A stretch of 64,000 nt of DNA, taken from positions 62,001-126,000 of the forward strand of contig JAKMXF010000295.1 in assembly GCA_024704765.1 (NCBI GenBank), given 5' to 3'. The translations under genes and the position numbers were made by a program. Positions within the stretch are counted from its first letter, which is position 1; every line of letters starts with the position of its first letter. Of the stretch, positions 36,651 to 48,384 are shown piece after piece. The notes beneath the pieces were generated by a model that ran no database searches, was not told the origin of the DNA, and saw only the letters and a program-made list of their open reading frames with translations. Source of the DNA: Oopsacas minuta (lineage: Eukaryota; Animalia; Porifera).

Positions 36651-39013
36651 CAGGGGTTCTCAACCTGGGGTACGCGTACCCCTAGGGGCAAGCTAGGTGT
36701 TTTTCGAGGAGTACGCTAGATATTTTCGAGGGATCCGCTGAACCAACTATAAATGTATAGAATTATTATGAAATTCTGTCTAGTAATTGCTTCTGATACG
36801 AGACCTGTTAAATTAAACCGTTATTATGACAGTATAGTTTGGTTAATTAGGATAGGTTGCTAATTACCAGTGTATATTTTGACGCGGTTTATGAATGGAC
36901 AAATTTATGCTGGGCGGATACAATTTATGAGCTTCATTTGACTATACCATTTTAGGGTTTCAATTTCTAGATATAAATTCTAAAATTAATTGTTTTTCAC
37001 ATAATTTTACATCAAGTTCAAATTTGAACCGTTACTCAAATGGCAAATTCATTGCCTAAGGAATCGGGGGGAAAATGAAAATATAGTGATAATTATATTC
37101 AACACGGTTTCACACTAGAGCTGAAAAATGTACGCGAACTACACAGTGCGTAGTGTGCTTTGAGTCCTTTCTGATCAATCGATGAAGCCAAGCTTCCTCA
37201 AGAGGCATCTTACCGGATGTCATCCAGAGTTAGTAGATAAAGATACTGCATTCTTCAAACGAATGGAATCGGAGTGAAGAGGATGCGTTTAGATAAGAGT
37301 GGTCATTAAATCAAATAAATCAAGCAAGCCTTCGTGCCTCATACATGCTTGCTCTGAGAATCGCTCAAGACAAAGCTCCAAATACAACCGCTGAGGAGCT
37401 CATGCTACCATGTGGCAAACACATCGTTCGCTGTCTAATTGGAAATGAGGGAGAGAAGAAGATCTGTTATGTATCTCTCTCCAACGATATAGTGTAACTG
37501 CGAATATGTGATATTGCAGAAGATATTTAGCAGCAGGTAGCAACAGAAATACGTTGTGCACTTCTGAACAAATTTGCAATCCAGCTAGACGAGTCGACTG
37601 ATGTATCTAGTTGCGCTCAGCTACTTGTTTTCGCAAGGTACATTAAGGATGGATACTTTAAGGAAGAATTCCTGTTTTGTCATTGTCTGGAATCCACTAC
37701 AAGAGGAGAGGATGTTTTCATTCAAGTTTCTGAATATTTTGAGAGAAGAAGACTATCATGGAACAATGTAACCGCATGCACTACTGATGAGGCTCCTGCT
37801 ATGCTTGGCAATCGTTCAGGATTTCGGACACAAGTGAAAGCAGTCAATCATGGTACTAAGCATATCCACTGCCTGATACACCTATATGCTCTGGCATCTA
37901 AGACGCTACCATCTGAGCTAAAAGCAACCCTTGACGATGTAATTAATATGGTTAATTTCATCAAGTCAAGCGCTCTCAATACTCGTCTCTTCCGATTATT
38001 GTGCCAAGAATTTGATGATGAACAAAATATGCTGCTCTTTTACACCGAGGTTCGTTGGCTTTCTCGCGGAAACATGTTGTCTAGAGTGCACTTTTTGAGA
38101 AAAGAGATGGCAGAATTCTTTGAGCGCAGCGAGCGAGCCAAATCAAGAGTTTTTGCGACAAGTTGCAAGATAAAGCATGGATTATTAGACTCTCTTACTT
38201 AGAGGATGTTTTCTCACGATTAAATATCCGAAACAAGTCACTTCAAGGAAAGTGCACAACTGTAATTGATTTCATTGATAAAATTCGAGCTTCATAAAGA
38301 TGTTGGATTTATGGGAAAGAAAAACCAAGGAAGGAAATCTAGACATATTTGAAACTGTCAACTTTTCTTGAGGGAGAAGAAATGAAAAAGGAAATAATGG
38401 AGCCAGTGCAAGGGCATCTTTCCTGCTTGAAAGAAGAGTTCAAATTATACTTTCCAGACCTGAGTGAGTTGGATCGCACGTTGATTCGAAATCCGTTCCT
38501 TGTAGATGTGCGTTTAATACCCAACAATGTGCACGAAGATTTCATTGAATTTTTGAACGATTCTACAGTACGAGATGCATTTGAAACTTTGCCATTGATG
38601 AACTTCTTGTCTAGAATGAGTCTACATTTCCCTAGTGTCGCTGCCATGGCTGTGCGTGGGCTGCTGATGTTTCCAAGTACATATTTCTGCGAACAAGGAT
38701 TCTCAACACTGTTAAATATAAAAACAAATATCGTGCTCGTTTATGCGTAGAGCCTGACCTGCCTGTAGCTTTATCTAAAACCGAACCAAGAATTGATGAA
38801 CTTGTAAAAGCAAAGTAGGCCCAGCCGTCTCATTTATCTTTGTCTTAATTATTCAACTTTTCTAAATAAGTAAATTATGTTGTGTTCATGATATTACAAA
38901 TTATTTCAACGTATAATAATTTAGCGGAATATTGCTAAATTTGAATCGAGGGTACCTGGACATTTACTTTCGCCTCAGGGGGTACGCAGTTCGTAAAAGG
39001 TTGAGAACCCCTG
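36651..39013 (+). mobile_element. Buster/Charlie hAT (ZBED5-like transposase), heavily decayed
   Basis: TIR CAGGGGTTCTCAACC / GGTTGAGAACCCCTG. TSD CTTTAGTA / CTTTAGTC (7/8). Relic motifs QLDESTD, HCLIH..ALAS, TEVRWLSRG, FPSTYFCEQGFS. Confidence 0.92.
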
Positions 39014-39059
39014 CTTTAGTCCGAAATACGATGCGTCATCCGTCACAATTTGAGTTGCG

Positions 39060-39520
39060 CTTGATGGGGGAAAAAAGTCTCTCCGTAATTTTAGACTCCT
39101 GGACTTAGCCCTCAATTCTTTTTCGGGTTGCTATCTTGGACTCTCTTACGCTTACGATATATAACACCATTCTTTTGACAATCTCACGAATATATGATTG
39201 AGAGAGATCGAATTTTTGAGCCATTTTTCTGGTATAGACTCCTATTCTATTGCTAATTGCACAATAGGGATCGTCGGGGCCTCTTGGGCATTTGAAAGAC
39301 TTGCGACCGCTACTCAACTTCCTGTATAAGTTCCTCCATTCTTGATAGTAGAAATGATGCTGTAGATAGTAGATTTTGCAATTCCAAACGCCAAAAAATG
39401 CTTAATACTATGATATATCTCATGCTCAGAATTTTTACGACAAAATTGTCCAATAATATGTCGCCGTTGTGCCACTTTCTAATGATCCATCTCCAGATGC
39501 TATTTTCTAGAATAATCAAA
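39060..39520 (-). pseudogene. Degraded Tc1/mariner N-terminal HTH fragment
   Basis: ...SGRK... and TRKMAQKFDLSQSYIREIVKRM resemble the second HTH of Tc1/mariner transposases. No catalytic domain follows. Confidence 0.45.
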
Positions 39521-42500
39521 ATGGTTTGAATTTGAAATCAATTTATAAGTAACGCATTGGGGAACAATGATTCATGAATTTGGAAATATCTCGTTGTTAT
39601 GGTGAACTATAAAATATGTCTATAATTTTCGTGCTAACCCATTACACACATACTAAGAACAAGTTATTCATATATGAGCTAGATGAAAATATGTTGTTAA
39701 CCCAACAACAATGACAAAGTCCCACTAAATGATCTCCAGATTTTTCAATGTGCCTGAAGGCATTAAAGGCACTTTTCCAAAAATGCAAACTATGCCCATC
39801 AGAACTATTTGGTCGTACTAAGGTACATCAAACATAAATTCTCCACCTCAAGGTATTAGTGAGTTGTTTATTAAGGTTTATTTCTTGTATATGCAGACGG
39901 TACTTAGGTCAAATACTTTCTAGTGAATTGCATATTAATCATCATTCGTCTATTAATTGGAGACGGGTGCGGGGAATGAGATTTTGCTAATATGATATCC
40001 ATGGTCGGGTCAAAACATATTAGAAATTGCATCGGTTTTGGAGAATTGCGTTTGTATTTGTATTATATACATTGCCATTTAAGAGTATTTGTATTTGTAT
40101 TGTATTTGAGAGTTTCACTAGTATTTGTATTTGTAATTGAAATCTTTTCAAGATATTTGACCCCATGTTGCTAAAGAGTAACGATAATCTATTTTTCCTA
40201 TCAAGATTCTCCTTAATGAATTTGCAAACTCTATGGTTGAACCAAACCCATCAAATATAGGAACTTTAACTTTTTCGTATAATTTAGTGCCATCCATGAA
40301 TTAGGTGGATAAGTATTATTAGGTGGATAAGTATTATAAATAGATTTGATTTTTATAATTTATCCGAAATTAACTTTATATTTAATTTTTGTATATGTAC
40401 CGAGCTTTTGAGTTTCCAAACTCTCTATAATATCATGTTGATTGGGATAGAAATTTTCACTCGATTATCAGAGTTCTTCCGATTAAGCGGAGTTTGTGCG
40501 ATAACCGAAAGTATTTAGTATTAAATTGAAGGGAGATTATTCCATTGCTGGAGATTGCGACTTCGTGTATTTCCATTTAAGTCGAGCTCAACAAAATTTC
40601 TACAAGTTATATGGCTGGTTCAAGTGATTGTTTTGGATATTAATTAGTTGATTTTTGACATTTCAAAAGAATCTAAATCAAGCATTTGTAAAGAGATACC
40701 GGTAAAATCCAGGAAATTTATTCTGATCCAAATCCAATGATTCCGATTTGCTATGTCAACAGGGCTAGGTTGGTTGGCTTAATTAAGTGGTCGGTTAAAA
40801 CCATTTGTAAATTACCGGTTAACCGGCTAACCACAGCAATTATTCGTAAATCTAACATGTCATTAATACTCATTCTTGATTCGATTGTAAGTTACATTAC
40901 TATTTGCTTTCAATTTCCTCCACTAACGATAGTTCACAAGTCTTTGGATCAAAAATTTACGGTTGTTTATTGGCTGTGACGACATTATGGGTACCGGGAT
41001 CGTGTGAATTCACTATGCAGTAACTGTACTGGTACTGCAATGGATTAGTTTATAGTACCAGTATGGGGGATCGGAGAAATTTTGTTAGATTATAGTTAGA
41101 CCTCCAAATGACAACAGTATACTGAATCAAACATCCTAAGCGACATCTAAGGGATAATGAAAGATCTATCTAATGTAAAATTTGGAACTATGCTAAGAAA
41201 TTATGAAGAATAACACCAAGACTGCACTCTGATGCAATTTTATAATTACTGCAGAAATTTTTCGGCGTAGATAGAATGGAAATCTCAATTATTCTTGAAA
41301 TTTGTGTATGATCGCATCGACAACTCCTTTGTAACCAAAAATAATCAATCACTAAATGCGAAATATACACTCCTATTCACAGTGCCATAGCAAACAATAC
41401 CTAATGCGACTATAATTAGGCATAATAAACCATTTATATGGAAATATTCTTTTTCTTGTACCTCAAAGTGAAATTGTACGATCCGGGTAAAGGCGCTGTA
41501 GCTACCTTTTGTTTATTACTTATGTTTTACTTCTAAAAATACTTGCATATTTTTATCCGACAAATATGTCGCTATCTAGGCTCGTCCTTACACGACAGAA
41601 ATATACGTCGAACGATCACTTCCTTTATGTTAATGTTTCTGTATATCTAAGTATTGACATCTGATATGTGGTATTTCCTACATCGGTAGTAAGAATAGGT
41701 GTAAGTGATAGAAAATTGCTCCATTGCTTGTGAATACTTTTCTTACCGGATCCAGAAGAAGTTTTGAAATTAATCGATCGTATCGTTTGATTTTGCAGGA
41801 AGTTATCTATCAATTCTCTAATATTCTGAATTGATAATATTTTATCGGAAGAATGCCAAAAAGAATAATCCCCTCCCTTTCGCTTATTCAGGGAAACACC
41901 TTTTCTAATTCTCTTGAGTCTTGTTTATTTTGCAATTGTTTTTTAGGACTGTTTCTGGCGTAACAGCTGTTATTGTTGTCACCGCAGGTGTGTTAATTAT
42001 ATGGGAGGCAAAACAAGATCTTATCTATTCTAGGTATGGTGCGTTTGAATTCTCTTTTCGTTTACCGTGTTTGAATCTACTTCAGATTCTTGATTGATGG
42101 GTCTGAGTTATTTGTTGGCTAGCTTCCTTTTCATAACTATCTACATTAATATTGCTGGCTTTGTGAGTATATCTACAAGATAATTTCTTTGTATAAATCA
42201 GCTCTTTTATGGCTACCGCATTATTCCGGATGATTAATGTCCACGACAATAGTTAGATGCTTGCCAAACTCCCCTTTTTCAAGATTTTTAGCTAATTTAC
42301 TTGTCTGCATAGGTGCCAAACCGTGGGCGCAGGGCTCGAGCCCCTAATTTTGTTACAGCAACATAGAACTAATGTAAATATATGTGTCAGCTCCTCTGGA
42401 TCGTTGAAATTTCTTGAACGTTTGGCACCCTGATTGTATGTATCGGTATGCCATCCCTGACTTGTAGAGTTATGCCCTCCAAACTCTCCACTTTCGGCAT

Positions 42501-43335
42501 TTATGCTTTAATATCTTCTTTTCTTTGCAACTCACAACGCTATAATCCAGGAAGGTTATATGTTGTTACTTTGAAATGAATATATTTCTATGGATTAATT
42601 GTTTTGAACCAAACTTTGCGAAATATTTCGCATACGACACTGGCAATTGAAATCTCGTGTTTTCTAAATACATCCACTAATAATCCTTGTTTTTTATTGA
42701 CGAGGTGGTATACCCTCACTCAGTGCCGTCACCGGGGGGCATGGTGCCAGGCTTTTGGAAATGAATTATGTTTACACGTATGTCTATATTGTGTGGCGAA
42801 TACAAGAATTCAAGGCTGAATTTTATGTAATGTCTCCAGTTAATTGCATGGGAAGAATCACTCAACTTTACACTCGGAAATCCTGGGTACTCCCTCCATT
42901 GGAGGCCCAACAGTTGGTATTATCCAGCTATCTTATATTATCCAACTGTTTGTAATGTATATCACCAAGGAGTTCATATGCAATTCTATCAATAGGTTTT
43001 CTCTCAGGATAATTAGTGCATTAACTGGTGCAATTTGAAATAGAAAGTATTGATTAACCTTCAACTCCATTATACTCCTTTGCTTTTGATGGATCACCAC
43101 CGTATTTAGTTTGTAGATCCTCAAAAGATATACAATAATGGTTTCAGTCACAGTGTTCCCCAAGAGATTCTTTGTGTGCATTGTAGGTGCAGTAAGGACA
43201 TGGAAGACGTGCATTGGCTCCCTTATCCCACAGCTTATGTTAATTCCCTGATACTAGTGATAATGTACGATCAGAGATATATTCGCCAATAATATGTATA
43301 TATACACATAAATACATATTAGGTTTAGTAATATA

Positions 43336-44620
43336 CAGTCTGTCAACTTGAAATTGGGAAGATCTTTGTTTTTCCCTAGCTACAAGTACATTTAGTGTAT
43401 TTCTATTCTAAATATGTTATTAGAATTCTTAAACAAATCAATAATATAGTAGGCCTAATAATTTATCTTATTTCCGTTACTTTTCCGTACTAATTTGACT
43501 CTTTTTGGCATCGATGACCAAAATGGACGTAAAAATTCATGTTCTAAAGAATTCCATACTTCATTTAACTCCCTTTCCAGCATATTTAAATTTCGTGGTG
43601 ACTTCAAATCGATATCTCTCTTGATCCACGACCAGAGGTTCTCGATCGGATTCAAATCCGGACTACAAGCAGGCCAATCCATCCTATGTATCCCTTTCTC
43701 CTCCATGTATCCTTTAGCAAGGTTGCACGTGTGTTTGGGATCGTTGTCTTCCTGGAAAACCCATCCATCAGGGTACAAGACACTTGCTTGTTCTACTAAA
43801 CATTCGTGCAGAATGTCACAGTAAAGTCGCCGGTGAGATTTTCTCTGAAAACCTTGATAGGAAACGTTCCACGTGCTGAAAACACTCCCCAAACATTCAA
43901 TTTAGGAGAGTGTTTCGTACTGGGTTTTACTGGTTTCGAATCACCTTTACACCGGACATATACTCTGCCACCAGCTAGCCAAATGGACATCTCATCGCTA
44001 AATATCGCTTTCTCCCAATCTCTACATCTGTTAGACTTAGCCCAATCGACACGATAAGCCTTATGGGTTTGTGTAAGCATCGGAATCTTTCTAGCAACCT
44101 TGCGGGTGAAGCCACGCCGCTTCATCTCAATCCTTACAGCCTCGTGTGAGAACGATAGACCCCGCCTTTTGTTACATTTGCAAGTCAACTTCCTCTCAGA
44201 TGACCTAGGATTGTTGATTGCCAAACTAGCAAGTGATCTAGCGTTATTTGCTTTGATCTGACACTGTTTCCCGGAACCAATCTTTCTATCAACGGATTCA
44301 GCTTTCTTCAATTTGGGAACAGTGCGATAAACTGTACTTTTTGGAACTCCAGTTCTTCGAGATAATTCCATACAATTCGTGATTCCTGGTCGAAAAGTAT
44401 CTTGATATTGTTAGGCTGTTCTTGCTCGTTTATTTTAAGGTTTTGAATTGATGAAAGTAAAGAATTATTAGCGAAGAAATAGAAGTGTTGCGAGAAATTC
44501 AAGTAATAAATACTTATATAGAATATTTGATTAGTAACTAAGTATAAATTGAAATATTGTCTTGATGTAGCAGAACTTGAATCTGGTATTCCATTATTGA
44601 ATAAGATCAAATACAAATTA
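43336..44620 (-). mobile_element. Tc1-like (DD34E) transposon
   Basis: FSDEM / FQEDNDPKH / SPDLNPIENLW with 34 residues counted between D2 and E; HTH ELSRRTGVPKSTVYR. ORFs join by adding one base at 43823-25 and one at 44385-86. TA+CAGTCTG at 43334 is a plausible end; the other TIR was not found, so the upper boundary is approximate. Confidence 0.85.
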
Positions 44621-46959
44621 ATTGTATGTCTAAGAAAAATAGAATTAATACTGGTGGCATAGTGCTCTATTTGATTATTTTTCAGTTACTTTCGGCAAAA
44701 ATTCTAACCAATATATAAATTCTAAAAGTGTACGAAGGTGTAGAATTTTTTACACTTTCGAATGGTGTGAAAAAATTGGCACTTTTCCTTTCATAATTTA
44801 TTCCTAATGTCCAGATAAAAGTTTGACAAGCGTGAAATAGTGGCACTTATTGTCCCATTGATTAGCAGAAGGGAGGAGCGCACCCGAAAAATATCTTCAA
44901 TATTTCTCACACCATATATCGCCTTAATTCTATCCAGTTTTGGCTGCACGGCTTTTACGGAGCAAAAATGTATAGTCAGCTCAGTAAATTTTCAACGAGA
45001 GTGTTTATTCATTGGTTTCTCATCGTCGAATCATGAAATTCCATTGGAATCTTTTTCCACACTTTCTTGTTCAATAGAATCGTAAGTATATATGAACCAT
45101 TTTCTCTTATATTGCAACAACTATATGACAATCTAGGCAAGGAAGGTGATTATCGCAAAAGTTGCTGGGTTAGCAATAGAGATTTTCAATAGTGGCGGGT
45201 ATAGTGGATTTTTTTGTCATGTAGCTGTTGACATGGTCCTATTCTTACTTGATCGCGAGATACTTTCTTGCCGAATTTGAGGAACAACTTTTATGAAAAC
45301 ACCAAAGAATTGGGCGAAAGTATTGAAATCGTTTCATTACATGCTACCCTCACAAAACCAAGTTGTTCAAAGTAAAATTGCAGGAATGGAGATTGCTGAG
45401 CTGGAACTTTCACTTTTCAGTCTAGGCCTTGCCCTCTTTGTCTCCTATCTATCACCTCTATTTCTTCTTGATTTTCATCAAGCTTCTATCGATTTTCAAA
45501 CTTATTTCAATTTTCTGTCTATTTTCTAACGATTTAAATCGGTGTTGTTTAGTTCTAAACTATAGCTAATTTTGCCTTTGAACTTTGCTGGGTGCGGAAT
45601 GAGCTCTACGTTCAATTATTATACATGCCAATTTCTAATCGTTGTAGAGTACTCCATAGGCTTAATACTAATTTTGAAGATTCATTTTTGTCATAAAAAA
45701 GAGACATTATTTCAGTGCTATCGACTAAAGGTGTTGGAGTGACGGCTTGAACGGCCCGGAATTTGCACTCATAGAGAATATCTGAATAAAGACATACACA
45801 TTTATATTTAGTCTTTTGCCGGATATATCAGCCTTAAATCTGTCTCGTAAGTGATAAATTGTAGGCAATATGGAATAAATTTCCTTGATAAATTGAATGA
45901 TATATTTATGATTGTTATGATATTTGTGTCTGAACAAGATCGATGGGCAAAGTGAGTATGGAATTTTATCATTACTTTTGTATTAGCACTTGGTTGGCAA
46001 TCTCAAATTTACTCTGAGTTCTGACCCGATACTTGAATTTATACCTTATCTTTGTTCACCCTCAAAATTGATTTAGTTGCTGTTATCTTTTATAGATCTT
46101 ATAACATTGCTCTTGCTATATTTATTTATATAATTTCTTCATCTAGATCGAAGATTTGCCTTCCATTTCTTTCCTTTCTATTTCCATATTTTTTCTATGA
46201 TATATTTGCTATGTACTGCTCGTATTGTTCTAGGAGTCATCATTCAAGTTTTCGCATTTACACTATATTGGGCTTTGTCCGAAATTATACTCTATATCTC
46301 CTTCATCATTTGGCTCTAATTGGACTTGGATTTCCCATATCTTTCAATTTTCAGGTTAGTTTATTTTAAATCTATCCATATTTTCATAACTTCGCCTAAT
46401 AGCAAGATGCAAATGGGGGTAGTCGTGTTGAAAACTTTGATACCTCCTGTTTTGAGAAAAACCTCACGTTTCTCTTTGGAATATGCCATTTACTCTCAGA
46501 ATTATCGGAAAAAGCTTTCGTATCAATTGCAGACCCAACCCGATCTACTAACGGCTAGATTTAAAAATTTGAAACCCTTTCAAATGGTATATGCCATGTC
46601 CACTAACAAAGAGACTTGATTTTCCATTGTGGAGTATTTTGCGAAAGTTAGATACATTGGAACTTGCAAGAGACCTACTTGGCTTGAAGGTACTTTGGGT
46701 TACTCAAAATGCGATCATAAATTTTGTAATGATTGTATTTGTCAAGTTGGTTATTTTCGAAATTGATTCACGGTGGACAAATGCATCACATTTTTATTGA
46801 GTATTTTTAATAACCACGATCTTGGCGGATTTCGCAGTTGCCCCCAATTTTATCCCCATCATTAATATTATTATAGTTGAACTCTGTGCAAACTTACTAT
46901 TTGTATATTTGATGGAAATTTACTAAAACCTAAAAGAGGGGTTCTAATTCATAGAGAAT

Positions 46960-48384
46960 TTCTATGTGGAGTAGGTATTTCTTACACCAGACAACTCACC
47001 CATACAGTTGAACGAATTGTATCTAACTTAAGTCCTGATAACCTTGTCTTCTTCTTAAAGTTCGAGTATCCGATGCCCTAGATAGATCAGGGTGTCATCG
47101 TGTTTACCAGCAAGTTATATCTAACTCTGACCTTTCGACTAAAACCTTCATTTTATTTAGTCTCAAGGTTAACGCAATCATAAATGCAAATGATCATACC
47201 CTATGGACCTCATCATCCGAATTCGCCATTTTGCACTCGACCAGTTGTCCTCTTAACCCTTCCAGAAATTGAAGAGAGTGTCAAGTTTTTGATGGACTCA
47301 GTAATATATAACGAAACTTCAACTATTGAAGAGAGTGGTTTGTGTTTACACAATGGCAATGCAGAGGTCAAGATCATAAGATCTCATTTCGATACAAAGA
47401 TGGCAAAAGTCTTAAGCGGTGCTGGTGGTGCTAATTGTCAAATGCGTACTGCAACGTTCCAACAGATACACGATATTAGCATAGTTCAAAATGGCTTTCC
47501 CATAAATAGGACTATCAGTGATGCACGTGATGTATTTGATGAGGTTGATGGGGAAGAATATTTATCTTTGCCAACAAATAAAAGATTCAATTTAACACAC
47601 AAACCGATCTCAGGAAAAGATATCACATCAGCTTCCCCTCTACATACATATTTGAGAACATTAAGTTGGTTCCTATTTTTGATTTGCCATTTGCAGTGTG
47701 GTGCTATTCAAAAATGGTCACCACCTTCGCCAATAATTCTTGGGACCAAGAAATTTATTACTAGCCTTATTGAAGAAAACTTAGTATATCCATTGACACA
47801 CCATCAGTCCATGGATGAATCACCACAACCGGAAATGTTGTTCGGAGATTTTCCACACTTAGCGATGATACTGTTGCAAGATTTTCTCTATTGGGTGTTG
47901 ACGGTTGTTCTTCAAGAGACATATCAATTTGTCTCTATAATCTTTGATAACTTGAGTGCTATCCTGAGATTGTATAATATCAACAGGAAAGTGGACACTG
48001 AAGGGTCTTGATAATGTATGTCGAGAGACTTGCGAATCCATTTTAACCAATTTTTCACGGGCACGTGTGACCCCTTCTTTACATAAACTAGCCCATGCAC
48101 CACAAATAATTGCAGATCATAAGGATCGGTTTGGCTTGGAAGATTTGCCTGAAGAAGCTCTTGAATCTTGTATTAAATTGGTCAGGCGATACCGTGAGAG
48201 ACTCTCAAGAAAATATAACTTTGAGGACAACGTTAAAGATGAGTTCGTTAGGCTTATCTCTCAAAGTGATCCAATTTTAGTTTCCTTTCGTAATTTTACC
48301 AAAAACGATTCGGAGCCAGATCTATCTGAGTTAAAGAGCTGTCAAGATATTTTGGTGAATTCTCTAATTATAAATACGTTGTAG
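46960..48384 (+). pseudogene. Transib/RAG1-core-like transposase, copy A, 5'-truncated and decayed
   Basis: SDALDRSG (D1), PNSPFCTRP, FDTKM (D2), SGAGGANCQM, THKP, SPLH, TPSLHKLAH, EEALESCIKLVRRYRERLSRK (E). Confidence 0.88.

Larger units (their letters stand above)
35903..40170. mobile_element. hAT-type MITE split by about 3.8 kb of nested insertions
   Basis: Ends CAGATATGGGGTCAAGTA / TATTTGACCCCATGTTG with GTATTTGTATT arrays inside both ends. Flanks CTAAAAGAG / CTAAAGAG (TSD differing by one A). Confidence 0.65.

Noticed and set aside
40301-40336. 18-bp perfect tandem duplication TTAGGTGGATAAGTATTA
   Set aside because: Simple local slippage duplication with no associated structure.
41625-41813. 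TSSGSGKK as a possible Walker A motif
   Set aside because: 62-aa ORF, non-canonical motif and no downstream helicase/ATPase motifs.
41375-43160. Additional CACAGTG heptamers at ~41378 and ~43149
   Set aside because: No partner end, TSD or second motif. A 7-mer is expected by chance in a window this size.
44840-46560. Purine-skewed minus-strand stretches that look like decayed coding sequence
   Set aside because: Many stops in all frames and no recognisable motif, so no product can be supported.
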